Below the pieces are notes generated by a model that searched no databases, had not been told where the DNA came from, and saw only the letters and a list, made by a program, of their open reading frames with translations. 11,228 bases of DNA from Pseudobdellovibrionaceae bacterium (GTDB taxonomy: Bacteria > Bdellovibrionota > Bdellovibrionia > Bdellovibrionales > Bdellovibrionaceae): NCBI GenBank assembly GCA_044359815.1, contig JBIKLL010000084.1:1-11228 (forward strand). Reading direction: 5' to 3'. Shown here piece by piece: positions 1 to 6,631 of the stretch; within the stretch, counting starts at the first letter, position 1; every line of letters starts with the position of its first letter. Position numbers and translations under genes: made by a program.

Positions 1-530
1 TTCATTAAATTTTCTACTTTTTCTTTCAACAGCATAACGGCCTCGTTGGCATTGGAGCCACCAGCAAATCGAGTCGGTATCCCAGAAAACCATTTTACGA
101 AATCATAGATTTCCTGTGATTTAATGCTCTTTATTGCTTCTGCGATCTGCGGATTTTTGACTACATCAAAGGTACCAAATTTCAGTGAATCATATTCCGA
201 GTCCACCTTGAACCGTTTAATCAGCTCGCTGAACGCGTTTTCAGTTTCATCGCGGGCAATTTTAAAACCTCCACACCTGCCGTTGGCGTGTTGGTACATT
301 GAAATTATCTGCAATTGCTCAGGTGTGGCTCTGACTATGGAAACACCTGTTGCCGTATTGGTTAAAATCGTTTCCATCTGCAAGGCCTGAGCGACCTCTG
401 TATCCAGCATAACGGGTACTGACTCTGCTTTTAGAGTCCATGGATATTGGCTATGAGCACTGGCCACTGAATTGATTGCCAAGATCAAACCAACCGTAAG
501 TCCTTTTATTAGTCGTTGCAAAAAGATCAT
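1..530 (-). CDS. Secreted M28-family (bacterial leucyl) aminopeptidase-like precursor, N-terminal part; runs off the left edge
   Basis: Not in the ORF track; translated by hand. ATG at 530 with a G-run RBS (535-540), open to position 1: MIFLQRLIKGLTVGLILAINSVASA-HSQY...QHANGRCGGF...NPQIAEAIKSIKSQEIYDFVKWFSGIPTRF... Signal peptide, an H-x3-RCGGF propeptide motif and a segment resembling the start of the mature Vibrio-type aminopeptidase (…ITGTISSLESFTNRF). Metal ligands lie outside the window. Confidence 0.75.
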   Translation of the reverse strand, partial: MIFLQRLIKGLTVGLILAINSVASAHSQYPWTLKAESVPVMLDTEVAQALQMETILTNTATGVSIVRATPEQLQIISMYQHANGRCGGFKIARDETENAFSELIKRFKVDSEYDSLKFGTFDVVKNPQIAEAIKSIKSQEIYDFVKWFSGIPTRFAGGSNANEAVMLLKEKVENLM

Positions 531-698
531 TATTCCCCCCTTGGAATGTATTAATTATTGTCTGTCTTGAAAATTTTGTGATCAACGGATTTCAGATTTA
601 TTTAAACTGCCCACTTGCGTTAATATTCGACCTACACGAAATCTCTCATCAGAAAATTTTAGTGTCCTCAGGTTAATTAAATAAAAAAAGGATCATAA

Positions 699-2099
699 AT
701 GAAATTGAAAGTTACAAAAATCAGCCCTGTTTTAACCCATTTAGTTCTGGCCATTTGGTCCTTAAACAGCGGCGCCAACGATTTTGTATCCCCCAATGGA
801 GTTAAAGAAATCTGCACGGCTCCAGCAAAATTGACTGCGGCAATGATTGAGTCTGGTGACTTCAAAAAAGGCGACTTAGCTACCGAGGAAAAGCTCTGCA
901 AAGTGGATTTTTATAACGGTTTTGGCGTTTGTCCAAAATATTCCTCCACCAACCCAGGATTGCTAATCAGTCATTTGCCAGAAGGGATGACGGCAAATGT
1001 TTTTAATTCTGAACATTGTCACCAAGACGATCCTGAGCAAAAAAATATCGCAAAATTTAAGCAAAGCATAACCTGTTCCTACACACCTGCCGGATTAGCA
1101 GCTTATCAGCTTTCCAGAATTTTAGGAGGCGCAGGCCGTGTACCAGTAACTGTCTATCGAACAATGGATGCCAAAGAACATCTGAGCAAAGTTGAACAAG
1201 CTCTGCTGGAGCTGGGAAATTCGAAAGATGCAATTCACGCAGCTTGGTATTCTCAAAAAAAATCCCACACAAAAAAACCTGCAAAAATGTTTTTATCTGA
1301 AGACCTGATTTATGGATTTTTAGCTGACAATATCAAGGGTGAAGAGATTTACACCGAAGTCAGCGGTAAAGGCTCTTACAGTAATCGCTACAAAAGATTC
1401 ACAGAACAACCTGCCTTCAACCGACTGACTAGCGCCGAACCGGCTGAGGCCCTATCGACCAGCAAAGACCTGAAAGACTTAATCCCGATGATAGTTCAAA
1501 TGAAAGACGTCAGTGACATGATTTTAATGGACACGCTGTTGTCCCAGGATGATCGCATCGGAAATATCCATTTCAAATTTCGATGGTACTATTTGGAAAA
1601 TGGGACCTTAAAAGAAGAAAAATCAAAAGCAAAAAAAGCCAGCCGTAAAAAAACAGCAAATTATAAAAATAATTTGTTTGAAGCTTATGTTCCCACAGAA
1701 GAATTGTTGCTATACCAAGATCAGAAGCAAGGCTTTTTGGTAAAAGAAATGATTCTGAAGGACAATGATTGCGCAGTTGACGTGGACAAAAGATCTAATG
1801 AAATGAAACGCACTGGCGCCTTAGAGAAAATCAGACACATGAGCTTTGAAACCTACAGAAAATTTATGAATCTAAGCAAGTATGTTGAGGCCAACAATGA
1901 AACGGTCAAGCAGCATTTTATCAACGAACTAAAATTTAGAGCTAAGGACTTCGAGGGTGACAGCAAAAGCTTCTTGCGAAATCTAAAATACGCTACCAAG
2001 GTTTTGTCAGACAATTGCCGCAGTGGTTTTTTAAAACTGGATCTGGACAAAGAAAACTACCTACCTGGCATGACAAAAACCAATCCATCCTGCGATTAA
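699..2099 (+). CDS. Secreted 466-aa protein with FAM20C/Four-jointed-like atypical kinase motifs
   Basis: Long ORF, RBS AAAGGA just upstream, N-terminal signal-like segment. Motifs AKFK(121), LAAYQLSRILGGAGRVPVTVYR, DMILMDTLLSQDDRIGN(289) and MILKDND(357) occur in kinase order. The CDS is certain; the fold is inferred by eye. Confidence 0.7.
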   Translation: MKLKVTKISPVLTHLVLAIWSLNSGANDFVSPNGVKEICTAPAKLTAAMIESGDFKKGDLATEEKLCKVDFYNGFGVCPKYSSTNPGLLISHLPEGMTANVFNSEHCHQDDPEQKNIAKFKQSITCSYTPAGLAAYQLSRILGGAGRVPVTVYRTMDAKEHLSKVEQALLELGNSKDAIHAAWYSQKKSHTKKPAKMFLSEDLIYGFLADNIKGEEIYTEVSGKGSYSNRYKRFTEQPAFNRLTSAEPAEALSTSKDLKDLIPMIVQMKDVSDMILMDTLLSQDDRIGNIHFKFRWYYLENGTLKEEKSKAKKASRKKTANYKNNLFEAYVPTEELLLYQDQKQGFLVKEMILKDNDCAVDVDKRSNEMKRTGALEKIRHMSFETYRKFMNLSKYVEANNETVKQHFINELKFRAKDFEGDSKSFLRNLKYATKVLSDNCRSGFLKLDLDKENYLPGMTKTNPSCD

Positions 2100-2117
2100 T
2101 CTCTACTAAGCCTTGGG

Positions 2118-2266
2118 GCACAGAAAACAGATTTTAAATTATAAAAATACAATTTAAATAAAAAAGGTCCTCTGCGGAGGCGGGGGCTTGCCCGAGCAGA
2201 GAAGCACGAGCTGTGACCTTTTTTAATTAAATTGTATTTTTATAATTTAAAATCTGTTTTCTGTGC
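2118..2266. repeat. Long inverted repeat: 52-bp arms (2118-2169 / 2215-2266, one mismatch) around a 45-bp GC-rich spacer
   Basis: Left arm GCACAGAAAACAGATTTTAAATTATAAAAATACAATTTAAATAAAAAAGGTC. The reverse complement of the right arm is identical except TTAATT vs TTAAAT. It lies between convergent stop codons. Confidence 0.95.
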
Positions 2267-2279
2267 TGAATAGTTGAGA

Positions 2280-2999
2280 TTAAGGGCAGATCAGGTTTTT
2301 TTCATTGCTGGTAATTTGATATTGAGGGTAGGGTTTGAATTCCAAAATTCTTTTTTTTACTGAGTCGTAACCCGAAGAATTGCCGTCCGTATTGACTGTC
2401 CAATATTTTAAAGCCTGCTGCGGACTCCAGCCACAAAACTGCTGAAGCGCCATAGCTGCTATCATTCCGGATGCATGCCAGCCGTTCCAACAATGTGCAT
2501 ACAGAGGACCTGGCCGATTGCCTTTGATATGTCTAAACACAGTGTTTATGAATTTTTCTTGATTGCTTGAATCAAAAGCCGTGGATTGATTGTACTTTAA
2601 ATTCTGATCGTCGTTTTCAAAGTCCCGGCAATCTGTGTTGGCATTAGCGCTAGAAAAATTGTCCCTATACAAGTAAAGAGCTTCTGAGAATCCATTTTTG
2701 CAAAGGTTTTTGAGTGCATGATTTTGCAATGGATTTTGATTAGGCCGCTTGTTGATGCGGTTGTATTTATTGTTAGCCCCTCCCCGATAATATATGCCAT
2801 GCAACACCACGCGGAAATTGCGAACCCCGTAAAGTCCGTCATACCCGTCGCCTCTATTGTCTACAAGTTTGTCGTAGGGATTTTTAAGATTGTACATTTG
2901 CTTATAAATATCAACTTGTCGCTTCAGATCAAATTCCACTGCGAAAGCTTCTACACAAAAACCAAAGACCGCAGCCATCAGTAACAATCGATTTATCAT
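2280..2999 (-). CDS. Secreted protein-tyrosine/dual-specificity phosphatase-fold protein with atypical P-loop
   Basis: Likely ATG at 2999 (the track uses TTG at 3005). Signal peptide MINRLLLMAAVFGFCVEAFA. RNFRVV..GIYYRGG matches the typical N-terminal NFxxV..lYRsg of DSP/PTP-like proteins. GPLYAHCWNGWHASG followed by a helix and GWSPQQAL matches PvlvHCxxGxxRtG...GWs.e.Al. Confidence 0.75.
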   Translation of the reverse strand: MINRLLLMAAVFGFCVEAFAVEFDLKRQVDIYKQMYNLKNPYDKLVDNRGDGYDGLYGVRNFRVVLHGIYYRGGANNKYNRINKRPNQNPLQNHALKNLCKNGFSEALYLYRDNFSSANANTDCRDFENDDQNLKYNQSTAFDSSNQEKFINTVFRHIKGNRPGPLYAHCWNGWHASGMIAAMALQQFCGWSPQQALKYWTVNTDGNSSGYDSVKKRILEFKPYPQYQITSNEKNLICP

Positions 3000-3133
3000 A
3001 TGCAAATTAAAACTTAAAAATGCATGATTAGTAATTTCAAAACTGTGGCGATTGCAGATTTAAGACCTTGGTCCTGATAGGCCATTTTTAGATTTTAGTT
3101 TTTTTATCTGAATTGAACTTATAAGATCTGAGG

Positions 3134-3997
3134 ATGAAAAAAAATAATCAAAACGTAAAAACATTCACTGAAATCATCCTCGTCCTGCTGGGAATTTTAT
3201 CGGCAACTATTGGCTTAAAAGGCTTTTTGCTGCCCAATGGCTTTTACGATGGCGGGGCCATGGGAATAGCCTTATTGCTGGATTATTTTGTACAAGGCGA
3301 TTTGGCTCTATATATCATACTGATCAACATCCCCTTTGTGTTAATCGGCATCAAACAAATATCATGGGCCTTTGCTATCAGAAGTGCCGCAGCAATATTT
3401 ATGCTGGCAATGAGTGTGCATTTTTTGGAAATTCCGACTTTCACTCATGATAAAATTTTAATTTCTATTTTTGGCGGAGTGTTTTTAGGAATGGGAATCG
3501 GTTTATCCATGCGTGGAGGTTCTGTGATTGATGGCACAGAGGTTCTGGCAGTTTCTGTGAGCCGCAGGTCAAGCTTGAGCGTCGGAGACTTTATTGCTTT
3601 GTTTAACCTGGGATTGTTTTTGATAGTCGCTTTTTGGGTTAATTTGGAAACTGCCATGTATTCGATGCTGACATATTTTGCCGCTTCAAAAAGCGTGGAT
3701 TTTTTGATCAGCGGTATCGAAGAATACATAGGAGTCACAGTCATATCTGCTGATCACGAGAAAATCAGACAGCTTTTTGTGAATGATTTATTGCGTGGAG
3801 TGACTGTTTACAAAATTGAAGGAGGTTTTAACAAAGCCGAAGGCGATGAACGCAAGGCCCTGTTTTGTGCGGTGACTCGTTTAGAAGTTTCAACTCTAAT
3901 CAATGAGGTTGAAAAAATAGACCCTGATGCCTTTATCATTCAGTACGCTCTTAAAGACACTAGAGGCGGTATGATTAAAAAGCGCCCCTTACACTGA
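3134..3997 (+). CDS. YitT family membrane protein (DUF161 + C-terminal DUF2179)
   Basis: 287 aa with multiple TM helices. Motifs FLLPNGFYDGGAMGIA, LINIPF, GGVFLGMGIGLSMRGGSVIDGTEVLA, RGVTVY..EGGF and EVEKIDPDAFI. Confidence 0.92.
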   Translation: MKKNNQNVKTFTEIILVLLGILSATIGLKGFLLPNGFYDGGAMGIALLLDYFVQGDLALYIILINIPFVLIGIKQISWAFAIRSAAAIFMLAMSVHFLEIPTFTHDKILISIFGGVFLGMGIGLSMRGGSVIDGTEVLAVSVSRRSSLSVGDFIALFNLGLFLIVAFWVNLETAMYSMLTYFAASKSVDFLISGIEEYIGVTVISADHEKIRQLFVNDLLRGVTVYKIEGGFNKAEGDERKALFCAVTRLEVSTLINEVEKIDPDAFIIQYALKDTRGGMIKKRPLH

Positions 3998-4030
3998 AAA
4001 AAAAGGCCCCGTGATAACCGGGGCCTTTTT
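3997..4030. terminator. Bidirectional intrinsic terminator
   Basis: A8-GGCCCCG-tgataac-CGGGGCC-T5 between convergent genes. Confidence 0.9.
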
Positions 4031-4052
4031 GGATTAACATTTTGAATCTGAA

Positions 4053-5252
4053 TTAGGGCGTAAAAGCCGTTGTTGGCAAATCTGTTGTATCAGTGAATGA
4101 AATCACATCAGCATCAGTCAAACCAGCTGTTCCCCATTGAGCTGCACCTACAGTTGCCGCGTAAGCTGTAAAATAGTTTCCCATTACAGTATCGCTACCG
4201 GCCACATCTGCTCCATTCAGTCTTAATGAACTGGCTGTGCAGCGTGAGCCGTCTGTAGTGATAGACCCATCAGCAGACAGAACACATGCTTCGTAACTAT
4301 TTGTATTTGAGAATTGGGTATCTGCTCTCATGCTCAGTGAAAAAGCATCACCAGTATTTGGCTTACCCGCCAATATATATCTGTTACCACTGGTCACAGC
4401 CGTCGTGTTGCCTCTGTATGACAATACCATACCGATATCGTTGGTTTCGTCATAATAAATCCTGCCAATTTCAACAGAACCCGTCGTTGAAACTTTAGGA
4501 GCCCAAAAAGCCTCGGCTCGCGTCACTCCAGTAGATTTGTTGTATTCTGCAACTGTTCTTGAATACCCTTCATCGCTGTCTTCTGCCGTCGCAATCCGTA
4601 GGACGGTGTCGTCATTTTTAACCATGTAGGTTTGATCAAATATATCGAATGAAAATACTTTGTCGTAATTGGTTGAACCCGAAGCCACTGTCATTGTCAT
4701 TGAAGCATCAGTGGTGATGTTTGATGTATCAATACCGCAACCACTGGTCATTGCCGCTTTAACTGCTGCTGTAAAAGTGATAGTGTAAGACCCATTGTCG
4801 ATATATCCAAAGCTACTGACTGTTATGCCTTCAGATTTTGAACCGACGCCGATTGCACAAAATATTTTAAATGCATTATACATTCTTCCAAAGATATTTA
4901 CATTACCACCACCAGAACTAACAGCATCGGGATTTAACTGAATACCCATATAATCCTGAAATGAAATCATGCTGCCACCTGAAGCTGTTGGATCTTGAAT
5001 CCCAGGTGAGTTTGTTGTCCACGCCGTAGAAAAACTTGCCAGCGGTCTGATGCCGGGAACAACTCTGTTTGAAAAAGTTGTTGTGTCCAAAACACCTGTC
5101 ACTCCTGAAATCTTTGAATTCAAAGTATTTACAGTGCTGGTGATAGTGTTTGATGACAAGCTATCAGAAGCTGCGTCTGTGCTGGATTTCGAACAACTGA
5201 TTAAGGCTGTTGCCAAAGCAGTAACAATCAATGCATTTCTTATGTTTAACAT
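4053..5252 (-). CDS. Ser/Thr-rich lipoprotein of unknown function (399 aa)
   Basis: ATG at 5252 with RBS AAGGGG. Lipobox LIS-C (Cys20) followed by an S/T-rich linker; beta-strand-like body with four further Cys. Confidence 0.85.
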   Translation of the reverse strand: MLNIRNALIVTALATALISCSKSSTDAASDSLSSNTITSTVNTLNSKISGVTGVLDTTTFSNRVVPGIRPLASFSTAWTTNSPGIQDPTASGGSMISFQDYMGIQLNPDAVSSGGGNVNIFGRMYNAFKIFCAIGVGSKSEGITVSSFGYIDNGSYTITFTAAVKAAMTSGCGIDTSNITTDASMTMTVASGSTNYDKVFSFDIFDQTYMVKNDDTVLRIATAEDSDEGYSRTVAEYNKSTGVTRAEAFWAPKVSTTGSVEIGRIYYDETNDIGMVLSYRGNTTAVTSGNRYILAGKPNTGDAFSLSMRADTQFSNTNSYEACVLSADGSITTDGSRCTASSLRLNGADVAGSDTVMGNYFTAYAATVGAAQWGTAGLTDADVISFTDTTDLPTTAFTP

Positions 5253-5399
5253 TTACAATCCCCTTGTTGGTTTAGTTTCATTGCTATGCTAACAAGCACA
5301 GAGTTCGGCAGAAAAGTAAAAATGAGTCCAGCCCGACATAGGGCCTGCATCAAAATATTTCTGAAAAATAATCTTTAGACCAAAGGGGGATTTTGGCTG

Positions 5400-5433
5400 A
5401 TCCAATTTGACCCGTCGTTGTGTCATAAATTTT
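5400..5433. promoter_or_regulatory. Putative activator (enhancer) site pair upstream of the csbD-like gene
   Basis: ATCCA-ATT-TGACC (5400-5412) and TGTCA-TAA-ATTTT (5421-5433), 21 bp apart. 5403-5413 is the exact reverse complement of GGGTCAAATTG at 7992-8002. Confidence 0.5.
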
Positions 5434-5504
5434 AAAATAGAAGCCCCATTTGTTGAAGACCACCCTTCAAACCCACCAAAACAGCTCAAGACCAAAAGCC
5501 GATG

Positions 5505-5520
5505 TGGTCATTTATTTGCA
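5505..5520 (+). promoter_or_regulatory. Putative sigma54 (-24/-12) promoter
   Basis: TGGTCATTTATTTGCA has GG-N10-GC spacing with TTGCA at -12, about 28 bp upstream of ATG 5548. Confidence 0.65.
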
Positions 5521-5619
5521 AAGCACTCAATCAACAAGGGAGTAAAAATGAAAAATGAAACTGGAAATCATCAGGACACGCAGGCTCAAAACAAATCAGC
5601 CAATCATAAGGAGGCATTT

Positions 5620-5862
5620 ATGGACTGGAAACAAATCGAAAGCAACTGGGACAACGTCAAAGGCAAAGTGAAGGAAAAATGGACAAAATTCACTACCGAA
5701 GATCTGAGCACAATTAAAGGCAACAGAGATCTTCTTGTGACTCAGCTTTTGAAAACTTACGATTTCGGCAAAGAAGAGGCCGAAAAACAGGTGAATGATT
5801 TTAAAATGATGATCAATTCAAACAGCAAAGACAATTTGAAACCCATCGAACACAAACTTTAA
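5620..5862 (+). CDS. csbD: CsbD/YjbJ family general stress protein
   Basis: MDWKQIESNWDNVKGKVKEKWTKFTTEDLSTIKGNRDLLVTQLLKTYDFGKEEAEKQVNDF matches the CsbD/YjbJ pattern. RBS AAGGAGG (5608-5614) precedes ATG 5620. There is an alternative in-frame ATG at 5548 with RBS AAGGGAG. Confidence 0.88.
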   Translation: MDWKQIESNWDNVKGKVKEKWTKFTTEDLSTIKGNRDLLVTQLLKTYDFGKEEAEKQVNDFKMMINSNSKDNLKPIEHKL

Positions 5863-5891
5863 AAACTAACCCCTCGTAAAAAAATAATTGC

Positions 5892-5923
5892 GGCCACTCG
5901 AACAGAGTGGCCTGAGGGTTTTT
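5892..5923 (+). terminator. Stem-loop after the csbD-like gene (terminator or mRNA-stabilising hairpin)
   Basis: GGCCACTC-gaaca-GAGTGGCC, followed after 6 nt by T5. CCCTC(5871-5875)/GAGGG(5914-5918) could add an outer stem. Confidence 0.55.
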
Positions 5924-5961
5924 CAAGTTTCTGAACCAACTGAAACAAAGGAAACTAACCA

Positions 5962-6186
5962 ATGAAAACCAAACATAAAAAACATCAGACCAGTCTTTCA
6001 AACACTTTAAGGCAATGGCCAGATTCGTTTGCCAATATTAGCAACCACAGAATCAGTCATGCTATCTATAAAATTGAAGATCGTTTATTGATGCTACGAT
6101 TCAGAATCATGAGTCTGGCACAATCAGCTGGCACTGAGGCCAAAAATTTTAGCAAACGTGCAAAAAACCAGTTTAGTTTATACTAA
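5962..6186 (+). CDS. Small basic hypothetical protein (74 aa)
   Basis: RBS AAGGA about 9 nt upstream of the ATG. It fills the gap and ends inside a bidirectional hairpin. Confidence 0.55.
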   Translation: MKTKHKKHQTSLSNTLRQWPDSFANISNHRISHAIYKIEDRLLMLRFRIMSLAQSAGTEAKNFSKRAKNQFSLY

Positions 6187-6196
6187 ACTGGTTTTT
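6163..6196. terminator. Bidirectional terminator-like hairpin with a perfect 15-bp stem
   Basis: AAAAACCAGTTTAGT-ttat-ACTAAACTGGTTTTT between two convergent small ORFs. Confidence 0.75.
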
Positions 6197-6199
6197 CTT

Positions 6200-6424
6200 C
6201 TATCCCGATTTCCTGCTGTGAAATCTCCAACTTTCTGACAGCCCAGACTCACCAAAGGAATCCAAATCCTTCGAGCTCATCAGATACTCTATAGACTTAA
6301 TTACTTCGGACACATCGGCCACTATTTCTTGAAATTTCTCATCCACATTAGCAAGGCCCCTATCCTTGTAAAAAACCAAACCCGGATTCAATTGTATAAA
6401 AGTTGCTTCTTTAAACTGTGCCAT
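6200..6424 (-). CDS. Small hypothetical protein (74 aa)
   Basis: RBS AAAGGGA before ATG 6424. Protein-like composition, divergent from the activator gene, ending at the hairpin. Confidence 0.6.
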   Translation of the reverse strand: MAQFKEATFIQLNPGLVFYKDRGLANVDEKFQEIVADVSEVIKSIEYLMSSKDLDSFGESGLSESWRFHSRKSG

Positions 6425-6518
6425 AATTTCCCTTTCTAAATTAGTGGTTGTAATTAGTACTGTTGCAATCTTCAGACTGAGTGCTGAGCCATCAGATTCG
6501 AGTCGGCAATTCGATGCA

Positions 6519-6552
6519 GGTCACTTTGACAAATACATGAACCGTTATGACC
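6519..6552. promoter_or_regulatory. Putative activator-binding site pair in the divergent region upstream of the NtrC-family gene
   Basis: GGTCA-CTT-TGACA (6519-6531) and AACCG-TTA-TGACC (6540-6552), 21 bp apart. Confidence 0.55.
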
Positions 6553-6631
6553 TGATTAACAGAGTATTAACTTGTAACAGATCTGTGCCCATGAGACCGG
6601 TGACTCACAAACAATGCAGAAAGAAGTTAGT

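Noticed and set aside
124..390. 88-aa + strand ORF
   Set aside because: Antisense shadow of the aminopeptidase-like gene.
2118..2266. Inverted repeat as a protelomerase site, retron ncRNA or CRISPR remnant
   Set aside because: It has a 45-bp spacer rather than a continuous palindrome, there is no protelomerase, reverse transcriptase or cas gene in the window, and there are no direct repeats.
5407..5547. N-terminal extension of the CsbD ORF in the track (TTG start at 5407)
   Set aside because: It overlaps the putative enhancer and promoter and has no RBS. Real starts are more likely 5548 or 5620.
5885..5925. CCACTCGAACAGAGTGG resembles the P2 stem of a c-di-GMP-I riboswitch
   Set aside because: The flanking GGCAAA and GACGCAAA motifs and the P3 receptor are absent, and the loop is not a GNRA tetraloop. 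Treated as an ordinary hairpin.
6464..6518. Possible sigma54 promoters in the divergent gap (minus-strand CAGTCTGAAGATTGCA; plus-strand CGGCAATTCGATGCA)
   Set aside because: The first lacks the -24 GG. The second has GG-to-GC spacing one base too short.
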